Shown: positions 1 to 13,678 of the stretch, in pieces
Layout: every line of letters begins with the position of its first letter
How positions within the stretch are numbered: the first letter of the stretch is position 1
Assembly: GCA_000320545.1 (NCBI GenBank)
Contig: ADNK01000542.1
Coordinates: forward strand, 1 to 64,000
Reading direction: 5' to 3'
Source: Bigelowiella natans CCMP2755
Taxonomy: Eukaryota; Protista; Cercozoa
Length of the DNA stretch: 64,000 nt
Translations under genes and position numbers: made by a program
The notes under the pieces: model-generated
What the model was told of the DNA's origin: nothing
Database searches by the model: none
Seen by the model: the letters and a program-made list of their open reading frames with translations, nothing else

Positions 1-3000
1 AGTCCATTAAAGGTGGAAGCTGGGCATTGACCAGCAGGTAAGTATCTTAGTTTCCTCTGCGGCTTCAAGTCATGGCTTTATACTCTCCTTTTGTAGGGCT
101 GTACTTGGCCTCAGCTGCTGTGCAGGCCCTGCCCCACACCCGTATGATCTGCTGGTCTTGGGTAAGTACAGCAGCCATACCTAGCTTAGACCAGTCTGTC
201 CATAGGGTAGCTGGTCTAGTAGTGTCTAGCTTTAGCATTCAATAGGGTGTTGCTGCATAACTTTATTAGGTTATCGAAGTGGGCATCAAGGCCAGCCTTG
301 GCCCACACCTTAGCGAAGCTGAGGCCTACAGAGTTCTCCTTCCGGTAAGCAGTAGTAAAAGCAGCTGCAGTCCTAGCGTAGGTAGGGGAGAACCTACGTA
401 GTATCCAAGCTGCAGTCTGCAAGAATGACTTTAACTCCTTTGCATTCTTAGGTTTAGGGGCTTGCTGTAGTGCTGCTACTTTCTCGGGGTTTGGGGTGAT
501 GCGGCCTTGCTCCAGGTAATATCCACACCACTTGATTCTTGTAGCTAGGAATGTACACTTCTGCAGTCTAATAGTAAAACCGAAGTGTGCAAACCTAATA
601 AATATATTTTCCAGGAGGAAGATCTGAGCGACGACTGTGTTGGTACATATTATGTCATCATCCACATACACAAACACAAACACCCACAACACAGACGCCA
701 TCCCATCATGTGTGTATGCCCTGTAGTTCTGACTACTGAACGCATCCCCTGATATGCTTAGGCCGTAAGGGAATACGACGAAGTGCCACTTCCTGTGCCT
801 GCTGGAGAACGCGGTAATGGGGCGGGAGGTTTTGTGGATGGGTGTCTGCATGTATGATTCATTTTTATCTAGGGAAGAGTAGTATTTGTATCCTATGACG
901 TGTTCAATAACGTCATCTATCCTTGGTGTAGGTGTCTGGATCCTCTTTATTACTCGGTTGTGGCGGATGAAGTTGTGCGCCAGGCGGAAGAAAGGGTAAG
1001 TAGGTTTCTTAGCTAGCACATGTCTCACGTTCCATGGTGAGTTGCTTGGCTCTATCTTCCCTTCCTTTGCCCATTCATTGATCTGCCACTCTATCTTTTC
1101 CCAGTCCGCTTCCGGTCGCCTATGTTCTGGGTCATTGATGATGCACTCTTCGTATCCCTTCTTTAGCTCGATCTTTACTGGGGTAAGCTTGCTGGAGGGC
1201 TTCGTCGTCGGCTTGGTGATGTCAGAGTACTTCTCGTTTAATATTTTATTAATGTACTTTTTGCCTTTGTCGATATCCCAATCATCAGCTGGGGGGGTCT
1301 TGTCCAGTAGCTCCGTTATCTGTCGGATGGTCTTGCCGGGGTTCTTCTTCCGTAGCTCGGTAGGTGTAGGTAGCTTGTTGTCCGCTAGGTCCATAAACTC
1401 TAACGCATTAACGCTTGACTCAGAGGTCCACTCGTCAAGCCGTATCATGTTCTGGCTGATGGTCCTGCCTGACTTCTTTGGCAACTTAGCAAAGTATATC
1501 TTGTGATTGTAGAATGATATGATCCCCCCTAATTTTTCTAGGGCATCCTGTCCGAGGAGTAGTTCCATGGATAAAGTCATGGCTACTCGGGTCTTGATTT
1601 GGGTCTCCGCGTCGCTGCCAGGTATCTGTAGCTTTAGCATTAGCTCACCGACGGTCTTCATGGAAGAGCTTCCGTCTGCTTGAGCATATTTACGTTCTTT
1701 CTTAGTCACTTGATCCAATAGTCCTAACCTTCTTACTGTGCTTAGGCTTATGAAGGACTTCGGCATGCTGCCACTATCCCAAAGGGCAGGTAGTTTCTTG
1801 TAGTCTCCGTAGCTGTCTTTAACTTTAACCTTGGTCATAGCAACTTTGATAGTCCTGTTAGCGTCTTCGTCATTAATGTTGCATACTCCTAAGTTCTTTA
1901 TGTCGTCTAGGGTCATGGGCTTGTCTTGGTCCTGCGTTGCTGGTACTGCTGTCTTCGTCGGCGCCTGCTTAAGGTGATCTAATATTCCGTTTATCTGCTG
2001 CTGTATAGCATTGATACTGTTCTGCTTTTTGTTCTTATATTTATTGTTCTTCCCGTTGTTGCTGCCTTGCCATTTGCTGTTGTTATATCCTTGTCCTCTG
2101 CCTTTCTTTCTCTTTAACTTCTCGTAGTGTTCGTTGAGCTGCCTGATCGTCATCCTGGGTCGTCCTTCTTTCCTGTCTCTGCAGTCTTTAGCGGTGTGTT
2201 TCCCTTTACGTGAGCAGTATCCGCAACGTCGGTTACCTTCCCTGTCCTTGTACCAGTCTCGCTGCGGCTTAATAGCGTTAATGTTTCCTATGCCAGGTAC
2301 CTTAGGGCTGGTAAACTTGCGGTCCTGCTCCTGCTCGCGTAGGGATATAGCCTGCACTGCTGCCTCCATCGTGGTGTAGCCTTTCTCCGTAACGTAAGTG
2401 GATTCCTTTATCTTTAACTTGAACTCTTCAAACCTTGCCTGATCATCACCTGTGTTGTAATTAAAATCATGTAGTTCGTCGATCATATCCTGGAAGCGCG
2501 TGGCAAAGTCTCTAACAGGTTCTCTCTCATGCTGCATCATTGCTCTGTATTTTCTAATAGCCTGGGGTAGGGAGTTAGCATCCTGTTCATTTACAAAAGC
2601 CTTCATTATCGCCTCAACGTCTCGTAGCCCACTAACTGTAGTGTGTATTTTCTCTAGCTGCCTGATCCGGGTCCTGCCTGTCTCGTAAAGGTCCATGGCT
2701 TGCTTTATTATAGCTAGCCATTTGAGCTTGTCGTTTTCGGTGGGGTTAGGGGTAAAGTCGCAGAGTATACTCCTAGCGTTCTTCCACCACCTCCTTGCCT
2801 CACCTCTTTTCCCGTTGTATTTCGTTATCATAACCGGTGCTGTTTTAACAGACATGAACTGGGTGTTCCGCTGTACCGGCTGCTGCTGCTTGACGGTGCT
2901 CTGGGTCGTCCCCCGCGAGGCGCCCAGACCCCCGTCGTTCCTAAACAAAGCTGCCCACTCTGGAGGTAAGTCTGCTTCGTAATCCATGATGTCCTGCATG

Positions 3001-3332
3001 ATAGCTGCCCAAACATCATGTGTCTGATACTTGTATTCTATCGATACTTTCAGTTTGGCGTAGTTGCTCGCCCTGGGTCGCAAGGCTCGTAATGCCATTA
3101 CGACCTTCTTGCTTTCGGCGGCCACGTCCTCGTCGTCCGCCTCGTAGAAGTTCTCCAGTGCCTCTGCTGCTGCATCTGCTTTCTTAATCCCGGGTGCTGG
3201 TCCCGGCGGTGCCTGTGGAGGTGTTCCTCCTCCTTCCTTAGCGTCCGTATCGCCCTTCCTTTCCTGTTTCTGCTCGTGCCCTTGCACGGCCTGCGAGCCA
3301 AAGTCCTGCTGTTCTTCTAGCTGCTGTGACAT
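1..3332 (-). mobile_element. Ty3/Gypsy-like LTR retrotransposon gag-pol (Gag-zinc knuckle-protease-RT-RNase H); runs off the window edge, frameshifted in the RT/RNase H region
   Basis: Intronless 1038-aa ORF 3332..216 contains a knuckle CGYCSRKGKHTAKDC, protease motif ALWDSGS and RT motifs (SPWN, YYSSLD, PYGL, YVDD, KCTF). An RNase H segment continues in another frame from 238: MLKLDTTRPATLWTDWSKLGMAAVLTQ...EAKYSPTKGEYKAM. PR-RT-RH order fits Ty3/Gypsy. No integrase is visible in the window. Confidence 0.88.
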
Positions 3333-3409
3333 TGTTAGTCAAATCGTTTCCCGTGTGTGGAAGCCAAAGGTTGTTGCGCGTAAGGTGTTCACAGGCCGAG
3401 GCGCTACGT

Positions 3410-3697
3410 GCACAAGTAGGCAGGGGGGGGGAAAGGCACGTTTGCTTCCTTTTGAAGAGTTGTGTTTATTTTTATTAAAGATTATATTTTTATTAAATCG
3501 TGCACTGCGTAATCATTCGCGAAGCTTTCGCGAATGCCGCCGCACGTGGGGCAGCACACTTCCGGTGTGCTGCCATGAGTCCCGCCGGAACCCACGTGCC
3601 TATGCTGTATTAATATCTACGTTATCTATATTCTATATCCGCGACAACCCCTTTGTTGTCGCACGTGACTTGTGCCCGCGTAGTGGTACGCGCTACA
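3410..3697 (-). mobile_element. Candidate 5' LTR/leader of the retroelement; boundaries uncertain
   Basis: Directly upstream of gag. On the minus strand it starts TGTAGCGC (~3697), contains hairpins, then an AT-rich TATA/AATAAA block (3466-3496), and ends ..TGTGCA. No second copy is in the window and no clear PBS. Confidence 0.3.
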
Positions 3698-4328
3698 TGC
3701 TGGCATGGGAAAATTCCCACTGCTAGACTGGAAGCTGTGTCACGCAGTATGTCACATTGCAGCCACAAATCGATCTGATCGACACACAACACTAGAATCG
3801 AACATCGCACGCGCCAAACCTAGAAACAGATGCACCAATCGGCTAGCCCAAAATGAGCTGTGTGTCTGTCACCGCGTGACGTCCATTCTCGCGCGATGCT
3901 GAGCGAAACTCAGATAATTTTGTTGTCTACTTCTCGTTCAAATTTCACAACAGTTATCTGCACGCACGTATATACAGGTATGGCGCATCGGCTTGGGAAA
4001 AGAGTTGCCGATTCTACTTGCTGAGCAGGTTTGGACAAGCATAATATGTGCTAGCACATGCCTAGCGCACAACATATGTGCGTTGTGTCCATCGCATGCG
4101 TGAACTTTGCTGCTATGTTTGTTGTCCTGGATGTTGAACAAGTGAGATTTATTTTTATATGACTTTAAAATATTCTCATTCCATGCAAAGTTCAAAATTC
4201 AACAGGACTGCATCAACATGTTATGAGTTCCACTCGCTTAGCAATGTGAGAAACAAAACAGACTGAATGCAGTAGTATCCCAGGGACGAAAATGCGCACT
4301 ATTAGATCCATCAGGAAGAGAACTGCCG

Positions 4329-5324
4329 CTAGTTGTCTTCAGAAAATTTATGCCTAGATGAAAGCGACATCGATTTCTTTCAGTGAATACGAAACAAGGG
4401 CATACATCATTTATGTGCCGCAATGGCAGAATGTCAGAGAGATTGTGAACATACCCACAGTTCGGGCAGGTGTAAAAACATGTCTGTCCCTCATCCACTG
4501 AACGCATTTGTCGGGTGTAAAACTCCATTTCGCCGTGATAGTCGCAGGTCGGGCATCGCATATCGTCAACCTTTGATAATCCATCATTGTCAGTAAATGG
4601 AATACGATTAATGTGTTTCATCTTTACCGTCAGCACAAGTGAAAGCTGCATACCTTGGCAAGTTCTGCCTCTTCATCCTCGTGATCTCCTGCTTCTGCGG
4701 CAGCTGCTTTGCTAGCCACGACGGCAGAGAGGGACTCTGAGACCAGGTGCACACTGTCGGCCGCTGCAACAGCAACAGGAACGGAGTGGAAGATGAGCAA
4801 CAATCAATATCCGGAACAGGAAATAGAAAAAGCGAAGTGATGAGAAATGAAACACAATATGGATGGCTGGAACGATATATTCGTTTTTATTCAAAATTAT
4901 TACACGAACCTTCCCCGAGAAGGACAACGTTTCCACAGTGCATGCATCGAAGAATACCATCTTCACCAGGCAGGCCCAGAAGGTTGTGACATACATTGCA
5001 GAAGAGCGGTAATCCCTGCAATTCTTCCCCCTCTTCTCTAGTAGTCGTAGCCAGTGGGTGTCGCAGAGGTGTCATCATCGCCGTTTTACTTTCTTGATTT
5101 GGAGAGGAAAACGTCTTCTTTTTTTTAATCTTTTTGCTCTTCTTCTGCTTCTTCTTCTTCTTTTTATTAATTTCGTTGCCGCCATCATTTTTTTTTGCAT
5201 CCAAATGTATCCGCTTCCTCTTCGGCTCTTTTTCTGAAGACGACGACGATAACGAATTCCCTTTTTTGGTAAGAGATTGTTTCTTTCTTTTATTTTTGCT
5301 GCTTTTTTTCTTGTCCTTCTTCAT
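4329..5324 (-). CDS. RPA12: RNA polymerase I subunit RPA12 (ZNRD1), 4 exons, possible Lys-rich N-terminal extension
   Basis: Exons 5324-4910, 4763-4654, 4570-~4455, 4353-4329, all GT-AG. N-ribbon FCNVCHNLL...RCMHCG. C-ribbon [44 protein letters not shown]-x-T matches RPA12 rather than RPC11/TFIIS (DEPMT). Confidence 0.88.
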
Positions 5325-5502
5325 CTTGGAAATAGCGTTTTCCTGCTGATTGGAATGTATAAAATATTCATATGCAAATGTAATTACATATCTCTGTGCA
5401 TATATTTAGTTTAATAATTCCACACAGTACATCACACATGATTCACACACTTGAACCACACACACACACACACCAATATAAAACACAGTGAGGTGTGTTT
5501 TA

Positions 5503-5571
<69 letters not shown>

Positions 5572-5657
5572 TTTATATTTTTAAACTTAAGAACCGTTTG
5601 AGTCCCCATAGAGATTGAAAGCTGAAAAGGAGCGCTGGCTCACGCACGAGAGTGGGA

Positions 5658-5696
<39 letters not shown>
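5503..5696. repeat. (TG)n and (GA)n microsatellites in the RPA12/SF3B4 divergent region
   Basis: (TG)n at ~5503-5568 and (GA)n at ~5662-5696, read directly. Confidence 0.95.
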
Positions 5697-5698
<2 letters not shown>

Positions 5699-6276
5699 TT
5701 TCTCTCCCACTAGACTCTGTATATCCTTGACTCGCCCTATTGATAGATAACGCTGCGAGCCTCCTGTGATGAGACAAATAAATGAATCAGTCCATGATTG
5801 ATGGATGCGGCATCGAACAGGAACTGTAAGGGTTGTAGGGAGGGGGTTGGGGGGGGATGCGCGGCGGTGGCAACCCACAGGCAGCAGCATGAAGGGCTCA
5901 AATTCGAACGAGCACTAACCCTAGAAACGATCAGGGTCCATGAAATCGACCGTAGTCTTAATGGTCCCCTCCCTCCTGTTGCTCCTGGTCTGGTCCGTCC
6001 TGCAGGAGAGATCTAGTTCCGTGTGAAGGGGGAAATGTCGTCGTCTTTCTTCTCGGTTATTAGAATTCCGGGATTAGTGATAATAAAGGAGGTAAATATC
6101 ATGCGACAACCTTTCCTGCGCCTAAATCCAAGATAGCGGGGGTCGCGATCCAAAGCTCAAAGAAAGAGGAGGAGAGTGCGCACGCAGGATCTCAGCGGGG
6201 CTTGGCGAGGAGAAAAGGAACACGTTTTTGTACCAAACTTGCACCTTATCGATCTTGAAAGCAGCGGCTTCCGAGG

Positions 6277-7997
6277 ATGAGCCGTCGAGATAACCATGTG
6301 AGAATTGGCAAAAAAATGCGAAGACGTTTTCTTTTTTTGAGCGCTTCATGAGAATCAGCTTGTAGGAAGCAAGATCGGCCTTGGTCCCTCTGTATTTACC
6401 TTCATTTCTTTATCTTAGGAAAGAAATCAAGAGGCCACGGTATGGGTCGGTGGATTGGAGCCTCAGGTAACAGAAGAAGTTGTGTGGGAGCTCATGCTTC
6501 AAGTTGGACCAGTAGTAAACGTTCACATGCCCAGAGATCAAGTCACAACAAACCACCAGGTTATAGCATTGTCAAGGATATTGGCATTCCGTTCCCTAAT
6601 GTTACATGTCTCTCGATAACATTTGTATTCGTAGGGATACTGCTTTTGCGAGTTTAGGGGCATCGAGGATGCAGATTACGCAATTCGAGTCCTCAACATG
6701 ATAAAGCTGTATGGAAAACCGATCCGGGTGAATAAAGCTTCCAAGGATAAGAAGGTAGATATTAATGCTCTGAAAACGTCACCCGCTTTTCCAATTGGAC
6801 CATGTTATTTACTCATCCATCTATCCATACTAAAAAGGAAAACGAGATCGGCGCCAATCTGTTCATTGGGAACCTAGCCCCAGAAGTTGATGAGAAGCTG
6901 CTTTTCGACACCTTCTCGGCGTTCGGTTGTGTTCTTAGCGCAAAAGTGATGATGGATCCGGATTCAGGGACTTCGAGGGGGTTTGGCTTCGTGAATTACG
7001 ATTCATTTGAGGCTGCAGATGCTTCAATAGAGACGATGAATGGGCAATTCTTTTGCAACAGGTCGGTATTACAGATTACATCCACCCCGAAAGCAAATAA
7101 GAAAAATAATAATAATTGTATATCTTCCTATGTCGTAGATCCGTGGCTGTGTCATATGCCTACAAGAACGATGGAACGAAAAGTGAGAGACACGGTACTG
7201 CGGCAGAGAGACTTCTGGCAGCGAACAGAAGTGCGCAGGGAATGGTAATATATTGATATAAATGGAAAGTCGATCGAGCCACTTTTTCACATAGAATATA
7301 CTATCGTAATGTAACAGGGCTCGAGCACTTCGAGCATTCAGAGAAAACCAGCATTCGCACTGCCTCAGATGATGAACACCTCCTTCAACTCTGGCCCTCC
7401 AAATCTAGGGTGAGCACTTTATTCTGATCATAAACGTGTGCCAATCCAGAAGAAGCAGCCATGTGCACAAACAACAAACCCTGAAGTAAATTTTGAATTT
7501 CTTCTCAGACGCCCTCCTCCAATGGCACGGCCGCCTCCACCACCACTCCCACAAAACAGGATGATGGGAATGCAGCAACGGGGTCCGATGATGATGCCCC
7601 CTCCACCTCCTAATGCCTTTGGTAGAGGACCACCACCACCACCCCAAAATATGGGAAGGGGTCCGATGGGAATGCCGCCACCCCCACCACCTCAAATGGG
7701 GGGGCCCGGTATGGGCCGACCACCCATGAACATGGGAGGAAGGCCACCTATGGGAATGGGAGGACCTATGGGCATGCGCGGACCAGGGCGACTTCCACCT
7801 CCCCCCCCCCAAATGGGAAACAGAGGTACTACTACCAACAACTTCTTATACATTATATGATGCACTGTCTTTGTTCGAACCTAACTCTTCTCTTCACCCA
7901 ACTCGAAGGACCACCCCCCCCGCCAATGCACCGACAAGGGCCACCTCCTGGAATGCCGCCCCCACGACCACCTCCAGTGCCTATGCAAACACAGTGA
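6277..7997 (+). CDS. SF3B4: Splicing factor 3B subunit 4 (SAP49): two RRMs plus Pro-rich tail, ~8 exons
   Basis: Spliced reading MSRRDNH|[40 protein letters not shown]...|GYCFCEF...[25 protein letters not shown]|...[26 protein letters not shown]...|[13 protein letters not shown], then a PPPM/G tail. Stop TGA at 7995-7997. Confidence 0.95.
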
Positions 7998-8884
7998 GGC
8001 TGCAACGTATTGCGAACCGTTTCTTCGTTGCCGTGACAATTTTTTCGGAGAATTGCACAGCTGGGTTGGTTAATGCGCCGACTGCCCACACAAATTCTAC
8101 CTGCTAGATGTGCGTAATTGTATCGCAGCTTAATGTAGTCAGAAAAAAAATTCAAGCGTACGCAGGCACTATTATTATTATTTTCTTAGCAGATGTTATG
8201 GCTAATGAAGTGGTGGGAAAAAATATATCTTGGCCGTTCCAATTGAACGATGCCTGCGCAACATGCAACACTTTCGGTCGTAGTTAGCTCCGAAATGCAG
8301 CTTAATGGTGGGGAATCATGTGAATGGCTGGCATGCACAATGTATGTGTGCACGATCTATTTCGGATTTGCGCGGCTATGTTCTAGTGTTGGTGGATGGA
8401 CAGGACATGAGGATTCAGTGGATGGCTAGTAGCTAGCTCTACTACTAGTCTAGAGCTAGCAGAGAGCTAGATGGGTGTGATGCAATGGCAAACATGAGCG
8501 CTGATCAAAATGAATCGCAGATGCAACAGCGCAGAACAACGCCTGCATCGGTAGTGTGTTTGCATTACAATAGACATGCGTACATATTATGTGTATTACA
8601 TGTACTGTGTCCATGGTCATTTGCGAGCGCAGCGTGCAAGGGCACAGCACACAGCCAGTCACACGCACAATTGGTGCGTGATCGATTGGAGTCGATCAAT
8701 CTAGCAATCTTCAACCGTTGCTGCCAATCGACAATGAACAGCGGCATTGTGGAAATGCTCCACGTCTCCAGTGAAGTTCAAAAAATTGCAGCCGCCTGCT
8801 TGCTAGCTTGCTCCAGTGCTGGCCACACACACGTCTTGACGTGCATCGCACATGCCACAGCTGTGCTGTCTAGCTGTGGATGCG

Positions 8885-8887
<3 letters not shown>

Positions 8888-8922
<35 letters not shown>

Positions 8923-10084
8923 GATGTCTGGCCCTGACCAATTGGCCCTGACAAAACACCATCGGCGCTCATGACCACCACAGTTGCTCCTCCGTTCATT
9001 CTTCCCAGCTCCCGGCTCATTCTCCGAACAATGAAGCATGAACAATGATGATGAACTGCATTTCCAAAATGCAAAGACATTTGCAGAAACGAAACGCGCC
9101 TCGAACTAACTTCAGTGAGGACTAACCAGTGAAACCAAAAGGAATCAAGAACGGCATTCTAGCCATTCCTCCATTCCTAGTTTCATTGTCTTTGGTGCCT
9201 GATCTAGCTTTGCCAACTTTAGGACTGTGACTTCTCTTTGCTTTCTTCACCCCGAAGTCCTCCGACAACTTCCTGCCTAATTCTGCCGAACAACTCCACC
9301 TTCTCATTTCCCTAAAAAACGGTTCCCGAACAGCCCTGCGACATGGATGATACGGCCAAAAAATACTCGGAACCAAAAGGAAGCAGGTTCCTCTGAGCCA
9401 GCGGAGCCCAGCGGGAAACGCTATCAGATTTGACGCTGCTTGAGAGGAATCCTCGAAGTCGCAGGGAGATAAATGCATGTGATTTTGATAAAATACCCTA
9501 ATTCGTGGTCAGGCCACGTGTGCCATCATACTCGGCACACCTCTTTGTGGGGGAGAAGAGGGCTTCTGGACAATGTTCTGTCATGTTCCCCTCTTTCGCT
9601 CCGAGGAGATGCGATACGTCGAGGTGTCTGTCGTTCGTGAGAAGGTCGGTAAGGTGCCCTGTTATTTCTTCCGCTGATCTAATCGATTGCTCCATTTGCG
9701 CTCAGGCCCGGCAGCTTCTGGGTGCTCTGGGTCTACGTAACCTGGTTCACATTATCCCCTCAAATGATGGCAATGAAGGCAAAGCAAATGAATTGAAGGT
9801 ATGGATTGCTAAAGTTTATGGATCGCTAATGCTTAGATGTGCTGCGTACTCATGTTGGCTTGTTTCGCGAAATCATACCACGCAGTCCTACTTTGTTTGC
9901 GGGAATGTGTCAATATCACCATCTTTCATCACCGCCATCATCGTTGTCGCCATCATAATTTAAGGAGTTGAAGAAACGTATTGTTGGATGTTCGGAGCGA
10001 CGTAAGCTCTTGAAAAGGCTGGAGGTAGTTATTTCATTCATGGAGGTGTACAGTAGTAACCGAGTTATCGTAGAAGGAAGCAGT

Positions 10085-10146
<62 letters not shown>

Positions 10147-10148
10147 GT

Positions 10149-10227
<79 letters not shown>

Positions 10228-11091
10228 CAGGAAATAATAGCACGGTTCAACATAAAGTTGTCGGAGCTTCGAAATGATGACGAGGACGAAGATCCAAACA
10301 CGATGTTGGGAAATGCCCCACAACAACAACAAGAAGAAAACCGACGACGAAGACGACGACGTCGATCCCAAACGCGTAGCTGGTGGTCGAGAGGGGGAGC
10401 AAACGAACGTAAACACAGCGGAGAGGATAGCTTTGATGAGGAAATTGGCGCGCCAGAAGGTGCTTTTGGAAGAATGGAGGAAGCCTCTGATGCCACGGCC
10501 GCCGTTGAAGGCACAATGATGATCCCGATGAGGAGTATGCGTAGATCGGGAGCATCATCATCATCATCATCATTATCATCATCATCAATGCGAAGGCGGA
10601 GGAAGAACATCGAGAGAGACACATTACAGGTGCTGATGCATGATTGGCGATGGCAATGATGGCGGCGTTGTATTGTCAGTGGTTAAGAAGACTATTAAGG
10701 GGAGAACTTGAAAAGTGAACGACGAGGAAAGCGATTGCATCAATCATACGTTGATACCTTGATAGTGAAATAATGCTAACCCTACGTGCTGCTGTAAAGG
10801 AATTCGACGAGGAAATCAGGCCCCTGGAGAGCGAGATCGAGCAGAACCTCAAATCCATTCGTGCTTTGCGAGCTCAGGTAGAAAGCAGCCTCGGATAAGT
10901 AGCGTCTGAAGGATTGATGAAAGAGTCTCTGTCATAATTACGTACAGAAGACATTGGCAAAAAGAGCGACACACCGTTATCAATGTATATATCAGGAATC
11001 TCGTTATCGCGAAGCGCAAGCTGTCTTGACGCAGTGTTCGCAGGAGTATCTTCATGGCTTGGAGGAGGTGTGGCACATATGCTTTTACACG

Positions 11092-11132
<41 letters not shown>

Positions 11133-13269
11133 GGTAGTGGTGGTGAAGCTAGGTGGTTGGTAGTTTGAGTCCTTTGAACATACCGACATTTGTGTTTATC
11201 TATCGATGTAACCCAAAAACTGGTGTCATCACTATGGCCTCGTTATTATCATCATCCGCGCTATGCTTTCCGGGTGCTGCAGGGCTACATATCGAGGGGA
11301 GAGGAGGCCGCAAACAGAGGCAAAGAGCATCAAGATGACGATGCGTCCCGAGGCCTGCTTTTGAGTGAGGATAATGATGGCGAAGACAGGTTTTCGCGGC
11401 ATAATTGATGATGATTCAACGATCATGATGAGGATGATGAGGATGATGATGTTGATATGATGCCTGGAATCTCAGCGCACTGTCATATCGTAGGTTCGAG
11501 TACAAAAGGGGGGGGCGCGACGGTGGGCTGCTGTCATCAGCTTCTTCCCATGATCGAAAGCACAGAAGGGGGGAAGGTGATGACGAGAAGAATGGCAGCA
11601 GGAGAGCCAGATCTACAATCGACGTGGAAGTTGACTTATCCCACCTTTTTGTATCTGTCTCCCACGCAACTTCCACCCGTGATCGTCGCTCGGCCAGGTC
11701 ACCTTGGTTGCTCATCATCACTAACACTTTTACTTGCAGAGGCACTATTGGTGACCTGACTCCCCTCGACTAATACTCTTTCAAGATCGGTCGGGGATAT
11801 GATGGAGGCGGGCATATCGCCTTCTTCTTCTTCTTCTTCTTCATCCTCGTCCTCGTCGTTTTATGCGACGATGTGCGGGATCGTGCTGAGATGGAAAGAA
11901 CCCCTCCTACGCACAATGGCGTACAGGATATCCAGGGGAAACGCAATTTGCAGGTGCGGTTGTAATCTCCCTCCCCCCCCCCTCTCCAATAACGAGCATA
12001 TTCACCATCCCCTCAAATCTTACTGTATGTGGACTATGGTGGCACAATGGCGACGGCCTCACAGGTTTGAGGGTTCAGGCGAAGTGTTCTTCAATGAGGA
12101 GATGGTACGAGTGTAGATGTTGCTGTGCCGCTGCATTGTTTATTCAATCGCCTAGATGATTATGAAGGAGGAGAGGGGGGAAGAGGGGGAGCGGGTGGAG
12201 GGAGAATTCAGACCCTAACATTATCTACTCCTTATCAATTCGCCTATAAAATATAACTTGAAGAACGCCCCATCATCATCATCATCATCATCATCACCAT
12301 CAACATCTTCATCATCATCATCATCATCACCACCACAGGTAGGAGAGGAGGTGGAGAAGAGCATATTCACTATCATCACATCGGGTCGTGAGATTCCTTC
12401 CAAGCTCGCAAAGGTGAGGAGAGAGTTCCTGCTACAACATGTAGTACGATGTTTCAGTGGTCAAAACCATCCGAAACGGCTCCAAAAGTGTCCTGCTCCT
12501 CATCATCCTCCTCCTCCTCATCCTCCTCCTCCTCCTTCACACATGGCAGCATGCATGTGCCGTCCGCATTCGTGCACACAGCTACTTGAAATTATGGCAC
12601 CTTACTGCTACTACCACTACTACCTGCTTTTACTGCTGTTCAGATCGTAAAGCTGGCTGGTGGACGCCTCTTTAACATTCCGAAGAGTAGCTCCGCGACA
12701 TTGCTATACATTGCTAAGGTAGTTGAGGTTGGTAGTAGCGATGATGCGGGGATGGTGGATGGACGCAGAGACATCGTGTGTCTAGAGAGGAAGAAGCGAG
12801 GAAGAAGAAGAAGATGATGATGATGATGACGATGGTGATGATGAAGAGGAAGAGGGAAAATGAACAATGCAGATAAAACGATGATTCACATCTGAAGAGC
12901 GTGTAAGGGACGGGAGATATGCTGCTGTTAACATCATACGGCATTATCATACACAGCTGAAGGAAGAAATCGGCCGCTTTCAAGATGTGATAAAGAGAAC
13001 CAGATGGCGACTGCGCCGGCTGCTCCGACGTCTAGCAAACCCGCACTCCAACGAGAGGCACCTTGCCAGCGTCGATGACGGTGGTGATGACGGCAATCGA
13101 AATGCCTCTCTGGTGAAGTACTGGCACTACCGATTGGAAAGAGAGCGGCTCATATCTCAGGCCTTGATGAAGTGCAGGTCGTTGTCGTCGTCTCTCTGCA
13201 CGTTTATGCTTTTGAGTAGATCTCTCCCATTTTCATGCTCACATGGAAGAAATCGAGATCTCTCTCTCT

Positions 13270-13315
<46 letters not shown>

Positions 13316-13375
13316 AGAAGCAAGATGCAGCAGCATAGGCCTGATGACGATGATGAGGATCTTTTTCCTCATAAA

Positions 13376-13406
<31 letters not shown>

Positions 13407-13641
13407 GTATGATGATGATGGTATGATGATGATGATGATGACGATGAAGGAGGAGGGAGGAGGAAGAACTTGTGTTTTCTTTATTCTTATTATTTTCCTG
13501 AAAGGCAATCGATAGCACTTCTCAGCTTTTCAGGATGGGTGCCTAAGTCGAAGGTGAGAAGAAGAAGAAGAAGAAGAAGAAGAAGAAGAGGCAATTACAG
13601 AAGACAGAAGAGATACAAGGACATTCCGATGATACACACCA

Positions 13642-13678
<37 letters not shown>

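Noticed and set aside
186-218. Programmed readthrough of the TAG ending the gag-pol ORF
   Set aside because: The same frame stops again 10 codons later and the RNase H motifs are in a different frame, so this is an indel rather than readthrough.
3340-3436. tRNA primer-binding site and polypurine tract
   Set aside because: I found no TGG-initiated match to a tRNA 3' end that I could verify, and the G-rich tract at 3422-3436 is on the wrong strand for a PPT.
3560-3595. Hammerhead ribozyme (ATGAGTCC...GGA looks similar)
   Set aside because: No CUGANGA or GAAA core on either strand; kept only as a generic structure.
5914-5925. Telomere/telo-box-like TAACCCTAG in the RPA12/SF3B4 promoter
   Set aside because: A single short match, expected by chance.
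8940-9500. Separate gene upstream of the V-ATPase
   Set aside because: The short ORFs have no recognisable motif or consistent splice pattern; more likely promoter or 5' UTR.
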